Assembly (NCBI GenBank): GCA_037308085.1 | Contig: CP147779.1 | Span: 1,792,001-1,856,000, forward strand | Length of the DNA: 64,000 bases | From: Promethearchaeati archaeon SRVP18_Atabeyarchaeia-1 | GTDB lineage: Archaea > Asgardarchaeota > Atabeyarchaeia > Atabeyarchaeales > Atabeyarchaeaceae | Reading direction: 5' to 3' | In this document: one piece after another, positions 40,532 through 50,902 of the stretch | How the letters are laid out: every line of letters starts with the position of its first letter | Numbering within the stretch: position 1 is the stretch's first letter | The notes under the pieces: model-generated | What the model saw: only the letters and a program-made list of their open reading frames with translations | Databases searched by the model: none | What the model was told of the DNA's origin: nothing | Translations under genes and position numbers: made by a program

Positions 40532-41239
40532 GTGAGCTACAATATCCCGCAAGTGAATATAAGTCCGAACGGTGAGCTAATCCCAAACCCAGGCGAAAAC
40601 TTGGTATCAACATACAGAGACGTTCACTACGACAAATGGGAAGGGGAAATCTACATAACTGACCTACGACTCGTCTGGATCGGGCTACAGCACAAAGGCG
40701 GTCTGCTCGGAAAACTTGCCAAGGCGGCGGTCGTCGCAGGAGTAGCAGTCGCAGCCGGCTATGCCGCGAGCAAGGTTTCAGCGAGAGTAGGCATTCCCTC
40801 AAGAATAGGTGGCTTGGGCGGCGGTGCGCTCGCAGGGTTGACGGTAGCGTCCTTGATGAGCAAGCACCCGGACGGCTCGCCAACGACAATATCCGTTCCC
40901 TACGAGGTTGTGTCCAGCATCCAGATCGGAAAGAACAAAAACGAGCTAATACTGGCTACTGAGGTGGGTGGATTTACATTCCGGTTTGAGAAGGGTGGCG
41001 CAGACACGGTTGCGACGGTAGTTAAGGCTCAGCACCTCAATGCGACTAAAAGGGTCCAAGCACAAGCACAAGCCCCGGCAGCACCATCTTATCAGCAACC
41101 TCCTCCCTATCAGCAACCTGCACCGGCATATGCGCAACCGGCGCCTCAACGTGGCCAAGCTTTCTACTGTCCTCACTGTGGGACACCCCTCGAACCCGGC
41201 GCAAGGTTCTGCCATAACTGTGGTGCAAGAATCGACTGA
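40532..41239 (+). CDS. GRAM/PH-like domain protein with Gly-rich insert, PPxY-bearing Pro/Gln linker and C-terminal zinc ribbon
   Basis: GEIYITDLRLVW, FRFEKGG, QQPPPYQQP, CPHCG..GARFCHNCG. Confidence 0.75.
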   Translation: MSYNIPQVNISPNGELIPNPGENLVSTYRDVHYDKWEGEIYITDLRLVWIGLQHKGGLLGKLAKAAVVAGVAVAAGYAASKVSARVGIPSRIGGLGGGALAGLTVASLMSKHPDGSPTTISVPYEVVSSIQIGKNKNELILATEVGGFTFRFEKGGADTVATVVKAQHLNATKRVQAQAQAPAAPSYQQPPPYQQPAPAYAQPAPQRGQAFYCPHCGTPLEPGARFCHNCGARID

Positions 41240-41341
41240 GATCGGCACCTTTGATGTAGGGCTGCTTTCATTCCAGCCCTCAACTTTTTGATTTCAGCCT
41301 ATGCCTTCTGCCCCTTCGGGAATCCTCTACGGTTCCGCTTG

Positions 41342-41800
41342 TCACTTGTGCCGACGCACTTCCTCTTGCAGTTTCCAGAACCTCTTTCTCAGACGTTTCT
41401 TGTGATCGATTAGGGACTTGACTTCATATTGCGTGCTAAATGGAGCTCCGCTCTGCCGGTTCTTCTCCCTTGGTTCCACGGGTTTCTCATCTAAGTCATC
41501 GTTTTCCGATGTCGTCTCCAAGTTCCCATCCGAATTGAATTCTCCTCCCTCATCAGCACCGTGGTCAACTTGACGAACCTCTTTCTTCAGTTCCCTTATC
41601 TTGACGGACAGTTCGCTCCTGACGCCCTTGAGTTTCCGGTATACTCTCCTCAGTTCCTTTTCCTTGTCTTTGCTGCTATCGACTGGAGACGGGTTGCCTA
41701 CTTCACGCGTCAAGCGGATCGACCTCGTGGTTGCGCATAATTCCCATGTTTCTACTAGACCCCGAAGAAGAAATAGATTACCCTTCCGTGGACACCGCAT
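41342..41800 (-). CDS. Hypothetical coiled-coil protein
   Basis: Two charged helical segments around an acidic linker; start uncertain. Confidence 0.4.
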   Translation of the reverse strand: MRCPRKGNLFLLRGLVETWELCATTRSIRLTREVGNPSPVDSSKDKEKELRRVYRKLKGVRSELSVKIRELKKEVRQVDHGADEGGEFNSDGNLETTSENDDLDEKPVEPREKNRQSGAPFSTQYEVKSLIDHKKRLRKRFWKLQEEVRRHK

Positions 41801-41826
41801 GTGACTGGCGTTCTAACCTAGCTCCG

Positions 41827-42130
41827 CTATTTCCTCTGGTTGGCTGGCTCAAAGCATATTGATGAAAGGCACTCATCTTCGGTGCTTTCAACCAATCTGA
41901 GGGTCACTTTCATTCCCGTCATCCTACCTAGGGCTACTTCGAAGTAGCCTCTCGTGACTCTGCATAGCACTCCACCAATCTTGAGCCCACGCTTCTTGGC
42001 AACCTTTGCATAGATTAGCATTAGCAGTCTTTCGTTTCAAAAGATATCTGCTACTCCTGAGTGGATTCTTCCGCGCTATCGACAAGTCGCTCACAGCAGA
42101 ATCCATTCATGAAGCAGCGCCCTCTGCAGG
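41827..42130 (-). pseudogene. Possible decayed V4R/MetOD1-like small-ligand domain gene
   Basis: Fragments NGFCCERL...*QISFETKDC* and IYAKVAK...LCRVTRGYFEVALG...ECLSSI, joined across stops and a TGCTAA duplication. Confidence 0.3.
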
Positions 42131-42463
42131 GCGGAAAACCAGGGGAAAGCCTATCCAAGGTGCACTCGGAGTATAGCGCCTCATCATAGAATGGGCATTC
42201 CCCGGAGGCGGAGGTGTATTCCGAAAGGAGGGCTTCAACGCGGTCTTCAGAATGAAGGGGATTGAGAAGGTGGGAGTATTTCACTTCTTCTAGCATACGG
42301 GATGCCCCTCCAGCCTCTAGGGAAACCGCTGATGCATGCAATAGTCACTCGCCTTCTAAGAACTGGGAGGGGGACCCCTCTAAAAGTGAATCAATCGGCG
42401 CTTTATCCGCGCTCAGTAGAAGCGGGCAACGTCATATGCCTTCATGATCCATGAAAGAACGCT

Positions 42464-42473
42464 AAAAAAAGGG
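42464..42473 (-). terminator. Putative oligo-U terminator (CCC-T7)
   Basis: Downstream of 42522..43658. Confidence 0.4.
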
Positions 42474-42521
42474 AAACAGTGAAAGAAGGAAGGTAGTCCT
42501 GTCTCAGGACGCCTGTTGCCG

Positions 42522-43658
42522 CTAACTCTGACCCATCGCATCGGACAGCTTAGCTCTCCAAGATGCCAGCTTTTCCATTATCACTTCTTTTTCTCTTCGA
42601 TCCAGTGTTCTCTGAGGATAGCGAGCAAGTTCCCTGGCAGTGGAGGCTAAATCATAGATCGCTCCGAATTTGCGCGTCATTCCCATCACCCTGTCTCGGA
42701 CGTCCAGAATCGCCTTGGCCAATGCGCCTGCAGTCGAGTTAAGCGACTCCTCTATGGGATTGAAGACCTGCTCCGCAGACGAAGAGTAGATATGCGTGGC
42801 AGGCGGGGGTGGCGACCTGACGGGCGGAGGAGCGGGTGGAGGAGTTGGCGCTGCAACGGTGGAACGAGTTTCCTGTTCCATCGCAGGCGGGCGTTGTGGT
42901 ATTGGTGGTCCTCCTTTGGGCATTGAGGGCGCCTCTCTTGGTGCGCCAGATGGAGCTTCCCTCGGTTGAGCGGTGGAGACGACCTGCGCTCCTTGCAGTG
43001 TCTGCCTCGACCTCGACTCAACGTCTCTTATGCTCTCTATGGCGCTATCACTAGCTTCTCTTATGGAGGTCTTGAGCTCTTCGGATAGTCTTCTTGAAAG
43101 TTCTTCTAAAGATCTCATGGCTTCGAGCGCCTTCTGGCCTTCGGCACCCATTGCAGCAAAGTCCCCCGTGGCTGCTGCGGCGGGTGCGCGGCCTCCCGAT
43201 CCTCGCTCTACTGCCTGCGCCGCTGATTCATTGATAAGTTTCACCGTCTCCAATGCTTTGTAGCTCTCGTTTTTGACTTCACTAACCTGTTTGCTCAAGT
43301 CATCAAGCTCGGGCATCTTGAGAGAACCCACTCCCTGAGTGGCTTGATTCGAGGCATCTTCAAGTTTCTTCATGCTTTCCAGCGCGCGCTGACTCGTTTC
43401 CCTGAACGTTGTCAAGTGGTCTGCGGCTTCCTCCATCTTTATCACGGTATTCGTAAGAGGAACCACGATATTGTCGACTTGGGCGAAGAGCTTGTTAAGC
43501 CGAAGCCCGACATCCTCACCTAGCGCCTTGAGGAAAGTTATTATTTCATCAACTTCTTTCATCAATTCATTAACCTTAACGCCTATCTTTTTCTCAATTT
43601 CAGTCTCCACATTTTCCTCCAACTCTGGAAGGCACCTCCGCTGTTCCCATCGCATCAA
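42522..43658 (-). CDS. Coiled-coil protein with polyproline linker and small C-terminal helical domain
   Basis: Long heptad-rich region, then PPIPQRPP and PTPPPAPPPVRSPPPP, then a ~75-aa helical C-terminus. Confidence 0.75.
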   Translation of the reverse strand: MMRWEQRRCLPELEENVETEIEKKIGVKVNELMKEVDEIITFLKALGEDVGLRLNKLFAQVDNIVVPLTNTVIKMEEAADHLTTFRETSQRALESMKKLEDASNQATQGVGSLKMPELDDLSKQVSEVKNESYKALETVKLINESAAQAVERGSGGRAPAAAATGDFAAMGAEGQKALEAMRSLEELSRRLSEELKTSIREASDSAIESIRDVESRSRQTLQGAQVVSTAQPREAPSGAPREAPSMPKGGPPIPQRPPAMEQETRSTVAAPTPPPAPPPVRSPPPPATHIYSSSAEQVFNPIEESLNSTAGALAKAILDVRDRVMGMTRKFGAIYDLASTARELARYPQRTLDRREKEVIMEKLASWRAKLSDAMGQS

Positions 43659-43868
43659 GAAGGGAAGTACTGTACTCCCCCCGGTAGTGGGCGAGAGAGA
43701 GGATACACCCTTAGCCGCTGCAATGGATTATATCGCTAAAGATCCTAATATATCCTGCACCGAAATCTGTTTTCAGATGCTTTCGACGTAACTAGTTTCC
43801 TGCGAAGATATAACATCTTTGCCGTTCTCAGCCCAGGGCGGAAGGGCTGAGCAAGACCTCAGAGAGCA

Positions 43869-44144
43869 TCAGAGTCCCGCGTCCATGGTTCGCTTCAAGA
43901 GCCTCATGACATCGAGCGAACTCGCCTTCTCGTAGAACTCTTTCATGCGTGCGATGCAGAACTCCACCCCGTGTGACCTATTGCCGAAGGTCACTTGCTG
44001 AACCATGGAGTCAATCCAGTCGAGCAGACTCCTGTCTATTGACAAAGTTGTCGCGACTTTTCCGCCTGTCGGTCTACCACTTGATTTCTCACCCAGAGTC
44101 ACAGTGACCTCTGGAACTCTAGGAAGCTTAGGTCTTCTCCCCAT
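43869..44144 (-). CDS. Ribbon-helix-helix (CopG-like) protein
   Basis: TTLSIDRSLLDWIDSMV...FGNRSHGVE. Confidence 0.7.
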   Translation of the reverse strand: MGRRPKLPRVPEVTVTLGEKSSGRPTGGKVATTLSIDRSLLDWIDSMVQQVTFGNRSHGVEFCIARMKEFYEKASSLDVMRLLKRTMDAGL

Positions 44145-44300
44145 GTCTCTTCACCTTCAGCGAATTCGAATCAACAGTCGCAATAGATGAAAGAAAATGG
44201 TCGGGACGTCAGTTACTCTGCTGAAGTTGATCAGGGAACGAGTATAAAACTCTTGGCATGCAAACCAAAATATCAGTTCATGGCCCTCACAATTCCACCA

Positions 44301-44521
44301 CAGGAAAGTCCGTGCCCTTTATGGCAGGACGGGTGGCAAGCTCAGATAGAGAAACAAGCACCTACCCAGGCGAAGGGTGCGACGCGCGATGAATTGTCGC
44401 CTGTGGAGATCATGGTCCTCACCCTAGCGCCCCTAGCGCAACCAAACATTATCCCGTGGGCTGAGGCAAGCTCGGCCCATGAATAAGAAGGCCAAAACCC
44501 TTCAGGGGGTTGGTAGCCAGC
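44301..44521 (+). mobile_element. Gene-less IS200/IS605-type mini element (PATE/MITE) with omegaRNA-like scaffold, copy 1 (more decayed)
   Basis: Left hairpin GTCCGTGCC-CTTTAT-GGCAGGAC, core CGCCTGTGGAGATC...AGGCAAGCTCGGCCCATGA, right hairpin CCAAAACCC-TTCA-GGGGGTTGG; collinear with 61788..62009. Confidence 0.6.
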
Positions 44522-44707
44522 GTTTCCAAGAGACGAGATGACTTGAAATCATCTGGTTCGAAGAACGGATTTCAAGCAGACAAATATCTTAAATAGGAAG
44601 TAACGGATAAATAGGACTCGACTTCTTGAATCTCGGAAATGTTTGGGGACTTCAGCTGAACTGAGAGATTTGGGAAGAGAACTGTAACCTTAGAAGAGGA
44701 GAGAAAC

Positions 44708-46615
44708 TTGGACAGATCAAACAAAGCTCTCTTAGCGTCAACGCTATTGGTCGTAGTAATGCTATCATCCTCAATGGCAGGCATCACCAACACCTCTGCT
44801 GTCGTCGGGGGCTGGAACAACCAGAATCTGCCAAGCGGCAACATGAGGCAGACACAATTGAACGTGAAGATCGTCTTCGTCGGGATCAAACAGCAATACG
44901 TGAACATCTCAGACGGATACTTCCAATGGAACCTTCCACCCTACCACATCCAGAGGGAAACAGATTACGGGACCAACTGGGGAGTAAATTACACTTTCAG
45001 CTACAGCTATGCATTCAACCAGAGTTTCGACACCTTGTTCTTTCTCTATCTGAGTACAATAGCGAAAATCGACCTTGTGAGACCCAATCCGTACACAGGT
45101 CTTGTGAACAACCGTTTCTATAACGCCAACGCTGTCGAAGACTATCTCTACGGGCATCCAGAAGGGTACGGCGGGATTCCTTCGACGGGGTACGTGCTAT
45201 TCTTGATGAATATTACCCGGCTCTTCGACTCCGACGGTCCTATCAACCAGCCACACTACTATAACTTGACCTACTCCGATGTCGATTCCAGTGTGAAGGT
45301 CACTGATGGCTGGTATGGGCGATGGATGACAAGCTGGGGAGGACACTACAGGCTTTACTTTGTTGACGTATCTGCAGGAGCAAGCCCAGGCAAGCTGCTA
45401 CCTAACTTGGCTTCGAGTTGGTTGAATCGCTATCACCCGCCCATCTGGAGCCTCAAGATGAACTTGGCCACAAAGAATGGGATAAACTTCCTTAACCAGT
45501 ATCTGGCCAGCTTCGTCTTCGGAGCGGCATATGGCCTGTTCTCAAGCGACTTTCTTTACCCTCCAAGAATAGCGCCAAGTATGCACTACAACATAACCAT
45601 ACTGATCTTCGACAACTGCACAAGTTACCAGACACTTCCAATCGAGAACCCCTATCCACCACCTCTATATCTTCCACCTTATGATGGTGACTTCGCCGTG
45701 ACTCAGTCAGTGATCCTAAGCGCCTTCCAAGCATTGGTACCTTACGCAACTTGGACCGTGAACGTTTCATATGTTCACTTGCTCGGACCCGGTGATCCAT
45801 CGCCTTACGGCACCCTATGGTCGGTGATAAGGAATGCCGAAAGGACGCAAAGCGCCTTTGGCAGCCCAGTTAAGTACGTCGACCGAGACCAGCTCTACAA
45901 CTATCTTCAGACGCACCTCAGCGAATTCATCAAACCAACGGCTGGGCAGCTCCTGATACCCGTGTTTGCGTTCGCATTCAAGGACAGCTACAACCTCGGA
46001 TACCAGTATGAGGGATACGAGTACGACAACTACTGGGGCTTCGGATATCCTGACGTTGTTCTCGTAAGCCACTCACTGACGGATCTGATAGGTGGCGGAG
46101 GAAGGATCCCATACGGCTTCACGCAAACCATAATACACGAGACGGGCCATGCCCTAGGGTTGGCTCATCCGTTCTGGTGGGATTGGGATGAAGACTTTGT
46201 GGCATCAGTCATGGCTTACTATCCATACGAGTACCAGTTTAGCCAGTTCGACAAGGATACGATACAGAGGGGCTTCGCAGACTACTACATAATCAGAGCA
46301 GAGTCGATGATGCAAAACGCAAGTCAACTCAAGGAATACAAGCCAATGAACTCGACGCTACTCAAACTATATAATGAGGCATACGGGAACTTGACTACGG
46401 CACTCTCATTCTATAGCAGCATGGATTACCACAATGCAATGTCCAGAGGAAAGACGTCACTTGACTTGTTCGCACTCTTCATAGTGGGGGCAGGACAACA
46501 GGCGCAGAAAGTGTCAGCTCCGCAGGATTCCACAATGATAATCATCATAGCTGCCGCAGGAGGCCTCATAGCTGGGATAGCTATCGGACTCTTCCTCAAG
46601 ACGAAGCGAAAATGA
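44708..46615 (+). CDS. Secreted, membrane-anchored metzincin metalloprotease
   Basis: Signal peptide, HETGHALGLAH (HExxHxxGxxH), Met-turn SVMAY, C-terminal TM plus KTKRK. Confidence 0.85.
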   Translation: MDRSNKALLASTLLVVVMLSSSMAGITNTSAVVGGWNNQNLPSGNMRQTQLNVKIVFVGIKQQYVNISDGYFQWNLPPYHIQRETDYGTNWGVNYTFSYSYAFNQSFDTLFFLYLSTIAKIDLVRPNPYTGLVNNRFYNANAVEDYLYGHPEGYGGIPSTGYVLFLMNITRLFDSDGPINQPHYYNLTYSDVDSSVKVTDGWYGRWMTSWGGHYRLYFVDVSAGASPGKLLPNLASSWLNRYHPPIWSLKMNLATKNGINFLNQYLASFVFGAAYGLFSSDFLYPPRIAPSMHYNITILIFDNCTSYQTLPIENPYPPPLYLPPYDGDFAVTQSVILSAFQALVPYATWTVNVSYVHLLGPGDPSPYGTLWSVIRNAERTQSAFGSPVKYVDRDQLYNYLQTHLSEFIKPTAGQLLIPVFAFAFKDSYNLGYQYEGYEYDNYWGFGYPDVVLVSHSLTDLIGGGGRIPYGFTQTIIHETGHALGLAHPFWWDWDEDFVASVMAYYPYEYQFSQFDKDTIQRGFADYYIIRAESMMQNASQLKEYKPMNSTLLKLYNEAYGNLTTALSFYSSMDYHNAMSRGKTSLDLFALFIVGAGQQAQKVSAPQDSTMIIIIAAAGGLIAGIAIGLFLKTKRK

Positions 46616-46798
46616 AAGCGGAAACGCAAGAGAAAACATAGCTGACGGTGACCGACTGTAAATTGTGGACCAAAATTCCACATCCCTTTTTCTTATTGCA
46701 AGACGAATCTTAGGCTTTCGTCACTAGGATCGCTTCACCGAGAAGATCACAACACTTTTATGCCAGCATGCCAGAACGAGATGTATTCATAGAAAGAG

Positions 46799-49210
46799 TT
46801 GAGGGCTTTGGAGAAGCAGCAGGCAGGCCTTTCAAATTCTGAGGCCGCAAAAAGGCTCGAAAAGTTTGGCCCAAACCGGATCCAGAGGCCACTCAAACTA
46901 AGCTTCATGGGCATAGCGGCTGAAGAAGTAACTGAGCCCATGATACTGCTTCTGCTAGCAGTGGCAGTCGTCTACACTATATATGACCTGTCGGATGCTC
47001 TAATAATCTATGCAATCATCATCGTTCTTGTTCTCGTGGAGATCGTCAACGAATATCGCGCGAAGAAGACAATTCAGTCTCTCATGCGCATAACTTCTCC
47101 CAAGGCAAGAACGCTCCGCCAAGGCAAAATAGTGTACGTTGCAACGGAAGAGGTTGTACCAGGCGACATTCTGATTTTGACTGCCGGCACACGAGTCGCC
47201 GCTGATAGCAAAGTCGTTCTATCTCTCAGCCTTGAACTCAACGAGTCACTCCTGACAGGCGAGTCATACTCTCGAGAGAAGAGAGCGGGAGATGAGATCT
47301 ACGCTGGGACCACAGTTTCTTCAGGCGAAGGCAAAGGGGAGGTGTTTGCTACTGGCGGCAATACTCGGATGGGTAAGATCGCATCCCTAGCGCAGGCTGT
47401 TAAACCACCGAGGACGCCCCTACAGGTAGCGATGCATAGCCTGGTCAAACCCCTAGCTTTCCTTGCCATATTCTTCAGTACCTTTATCCCCTTTCTCGGG
47501 ATCCTGCGTGGTCAAGATCCTCTAGCAATGGTACTGACTGGGCTTGCTCTTGCTTTTGCAGCCATCCCTGAAGAACTCCCAATAATCATCACGATAATCC
47601 TTGCCTTAGGATCATACCGTCTATCCCAGAAGCATTTCTTGGTTAAGAAGCTCAGAGCGGCTGAGGTCTTGGGAGATGCCACTGTAATCCTCACAGACAA
47701 GACGGGAACTATCACTGAGAACAGACTGCATATCGCCACCGTCTTTCCCAAGAACGAGGAGCGTAGAATAATAGATGCAGCGATAGGGGCGCTCGATGAA
47801 CTCTCTATGTCTCCCATCGATGATGCGGTATTATCCAAAGCAAAGGAGATGAAGATAAAGCCAAGCTTGGGTGCAATAATCCGGGAAAGGATCTTTGATG
47901 GGAACAGGAAGACGAAGACAATCTTGCGTGAATCAAAAAGGGGTCTCGAGATATACATGACGGGTGCGCCCGAAGAAGTTCTGAAGCTCTCAAGGGGCGG
48001 AGCAAGTAGGTTTGAGGAGGAGCTCGAAAAGCAAGCTGGTGAGGGCAGAAGGGTCATAGCCATAGCCCACAGATCCATCATGGCACCTGAAAGGGATTTG
48101 CCATTCACTGAATTGGAGAAGGACTTGGATCTTGATGGACTGGTCTCATTCGAAGATCCGCCGCGCAAAGGAGTGAAGGAGACGGTTGAGATTGCGAGGC
48201 AAGCTGGCATACGAACAATCGTCGTAACTGGGGACCATCCTCTCACCGCAACCTCTATTGCGAGAGAGGTCGGTATCCCATCAGAAAAGGTTCTAACCGG
48301 TGCCGAAATTGACGGTATGTCTGACGCGGCGCTGCGGAAAGCTGTCGAGAAGGTTTCAGTCTTCGCTAGAACAACCCCTGAGCACAAATTCCGCCTCGTC
48401 AATGCACTACACAAGAACAAGGAGGTCGTCGCGGTTACTGGAGACGGCGTGAACGATGCGATAGCCCTCAAGGGAGCAGACATCGGAATCGCGATGGGGG
48501 TAAAAGGAACGGATGCTGCAAAGGAAGCTGCTGACGCAGTGCTCGCAGACGACAATTTCGTAACGATCGGTCAGGGTATTTTTGAGGGACGCAAGTTCTT
48601 CGACAATCTGAGAAAGGGCGTCAAGTACTACCTATCCGTGAAAGTAGCTCTGATTCTACTCTTCCTATTCCCAGTCATACTCAACGTCCCGTTTCCTTTT
48701 GCACCGATTCAGATAGTTCTGCTTGAACTATTCATGGATCTGGCAGCTTCAGCCGGATTCGTGTCAGAGCCTGCAGAGAAGCTAATCTATACCCGCCCTC
48801 CAAGGGATCCAAAAGAGAAATTCATTAACGCGAGAATGCTAAGAGGAATCGCGGTCAGTGGCCTCAGCCTATTCGCTGCAGTGGCAATATGCTACTTCTA
48901 CGCAAGGCTGTGGTTGCACTTGCCAGACGTTGAGGTGCAGACGTTTGCCTTTACAGCTTGGATCATAGGTCATATCCTGCTGGCACTTGTTTCGCGGTCA
49001 GAGAAGGAGCCGATAGTGAAGCTAGGCATATTCTCTAATAAGGCAATGATTGTGTGGGCAGTCGCCGCCTTGTTCTTTCTGCTCTTGGTGGTTGGTGTGC
49101 CGCCAGTTAGTGTGTACTTCAGACTCTCTGCCATCACCATAACTCAGGCAGCGCTGATATTCGGAATATGCTTCGTATGCACATTCTGGCAGGAACTTGG
49201 GAAACTCTGA
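46799..49210 (+). CDS. Cation-transporting P-type ATPase (type II-like)
   Basis: LTGES, IPEELP, DKTGT, TGDH, TGDGVND. Confidence 0.93.
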   Translation: MRALEKQQAGLSNSEAAKRLEKFGPNRIQRPLKLSFMGIAAEEVTEPMILLLLAVAVVYTIYDLSDALIIYAIIIVLVLVEIVNEYRAKKTIQSLMRITSPKARTLRQGKIVYVATEEVVPGDILILTAGTRVAADSKVVLSLSLELNESLLTGESYSREKRAGDEIYAGTTVSSGEGKGEVFATGGNTRMGKIASLAQAVKPPRTPLQVAMHSLVKPLAFLAIFFSTFIPFLGILRGQDPLAMVLTGLALAFAAIPEELPIIITIILALGSYRLSQKHFLVKKLRAAEVLGDATVILTDKTGTITENRLHIATVFPKNEERRIIDAAIGALDELSMSPIDDAVLSKAKEMKIKPSLGAIIRERIFDGNRKTKTILRESKRGLEIYMTGAPEEVLKLSRGGASRFEEELEKQAGEGRRVIAIAHRSIMAPERDLPFTELEKDLDLDGLVSFEDPPRKGVKETVEIARQAGIRTIVVTGDHPLTATSIAREVGIPSEKVLTGAEIDGMSDAALRKAVEKVSVFARTTPEHKFRLVNALHKNKEVVAVTGDGVNDAIALKGADIGIAMGVKGTDAAKEAADAVLADDNFVTIGQGIFEGRKFFDNLRKGVKYYLSVKVALILLFLFPVILNVPFPFAPIQIVLLELFMDLAASAGFVSEPAEKLIYTRPPRDPKEKFINARMLRGIAVSGLSLFAAVAICYFYARLWLHLPDVEVQTFAFTAWIIGHILLALVSRSEKEPIVKLGIFSNKAMIVWAVAALFFLLLVVGVPPVSVYFRLSAITITQAALIFGICFVCTFWQELGKL

Positions 49211-49282
49211 CCACAGCAAGGAATTGCGGATCTGGCGTAGGTACAGAATCTGTTCGCTGATTCTCGCTTGGGTGAAAGTGAC

Positions 49283-50029
49283 TCAGAGGAAGGGGAAGAA
49301 AAGGTACCACAGGAGAAATGCCGATAACAGCGGAATAGTGACATTGTCCATCCATGAAACACACAGAAGTTCCGTGGCAGCAACAGCCGATGAGACTGCC
49401 GCTCCAATCAGGAGCAGAGAGACAAGTGGTACTCGTAGAGGATATAGAAGGAAAGCAAACATGATTGCCACGAACGTCATCAGCACAACAGCAAGTGATC
49501 CCTCAGCACTCTTGGTCTTGCCACGCCAGACATGGAACTTGTGCTTGCCGAAAGGGCGACCTACGACTTCACCTGCACCATCCCCCCAAGAGACAGCCAA
49601 GATAGAAGCGACGAATATCGCAGGGTAGCCCATGAACAGTATGAAGACTAGGGCGTACGAAGCTAGGGCAAAAACCGCGGCAAGAAAGGTCTGCAGGCGG
49701 CTTCCGTCTTCTCTCGTGCCAGAGGACAGAGCAGCTTTGGCAAGGTTTACCCCGAAGATGGATGCACCCAGAATGCCGGCAGCGAAAATCCCTATGGTGA
49801 TTGCGGGTCCAGTCAAACTACTGTAGAAGGGGAGTGCCAAGGCAACTAGCGAACTCATGACGATGTGCGTAAACTTGCGCGGAATCCACTTCTTGTAGCC
49901 TCTACTCGCTAGTAGCCACGAGATCGCCAGTGAAAGGAATCCGACGCCGACGACAACAACAACCAGAAGAATGTCTAGGGTCGTCAGGTCTGAGAAGAGT
50001 AGACTCACCATTACCATCGTCGCCCACAA
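49283..50029 (-). CDS. Phytol/dolichol kinase-like CTP-dependent polyprenol/diacylglycerol kinase
   Basis: RKFTH, WGDGAGEVVG..FG, KSAEGS, DNVTIP. Confidence 0.85.
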   Translation of the reverse strand: MWATMVMVSLLFSDLTTLDILLVVVVVGVGFLSLAISWLLASRGYKKWIPRKFTHIVMSSLVALALPFYSSLTGPAITIGIFAAGILGASIFGVNLAKAALSSGTREDGSRLQTFLAAVFALASYALVFILFMGYPAIFVASILAVSWGDGAGEVVGRPFGKHKFHVWRGKTKSAEGSLAVVLMTFVAIMFAFLLYPLRVPLVSLLLIGAAVSSAVAATELLCVSWMDNVTIPLLSAFLLWYLFFPFL

Positions 50030-50902
50030 TTGCCCAAGCTAGAACTTGCAGGGCACTTCATTCTGCTTGCATGCCTCTCCCTGTGAAATATCCAGATACG
50101 CATATTTCCGCTTTTCTACTGACCCCACGGCTTCCCCCACCACTGTAAAGAGGCTCGCAGCCTGCGCTCCTCACTATATTCGTGAAGGAGAAACAGCATG
50201 TGACGCGTTGTGGACATAGTTGGTGTTCTTTCGATCAGGGACGAGGGAGCCAAAAGAGAGGATTAAAGAACCATGGAATAATTTTTGAGGCGATTACTGC
50301 TCCGCGGGCATTCACTCACTCGATCATCTAAGTCTGTCTTTTCAAGGAGGAGAAATCGGGGAACTGCAAGAATTATCGAAGGATTCCCAGCCTCTCGCTA
50401 CCAGAGTCAAGCCATTCGAGAATCGCGTTACCGGTCTAGACCCCTCGGAAAGAAGGTGATCTACCTCAAGATCAAGAAGAGTAAGGATCTGATGAGAGTG
50501 TATATACGGTCAAATGATTTCCTTGGGAGGGTTTTCGGAGAGCTTTTCGGTAGCCACCGTCCTAGTAGCCGGGTGCCTCACACAGCGCTGGCAATGAATA
50601 ACCTGGCATATGGGACTTTCAGCCATGCTTGGAAAGCGTTTGAGAAGGCTGAAACATTTCTTGAGCAAGCTATCCAAAGCATTTGCTTAGTTAACCAAGA
50701 CTCAAGTCGAGAATCTCTCTCTGGTCGAGAAATGCGCGCTAATACAGCGAGCTAGCGAATGAGCCTCGGCGAGGTCTTTTGGGTACAGAATTTTGCGATC
50801 TTTGTGCTGCGGTGCTGGGCTTTCATGCAAAAAGAGGGAAACCTATTTGAAAGGAAGTTGCGGATAGTTAAATGATGCTAATGAATTGATTGCGAACTTC
50901 AC

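Noticed and set aside
44187-44486. 99-aa ORF
   Set aside because: Largely a translation of the non-coding mini IS605 element
47512-48555. 347-aa antisense ORF
   Set aside because: Shadow frame of the P-type ATPase
50285-50755. 156-aa ORF upstream of the Rab-like GTPase
   Set aside because: No motif, Arg/Ser-rich composition and no clear RBS; could be a gene remnant but cannot be supported
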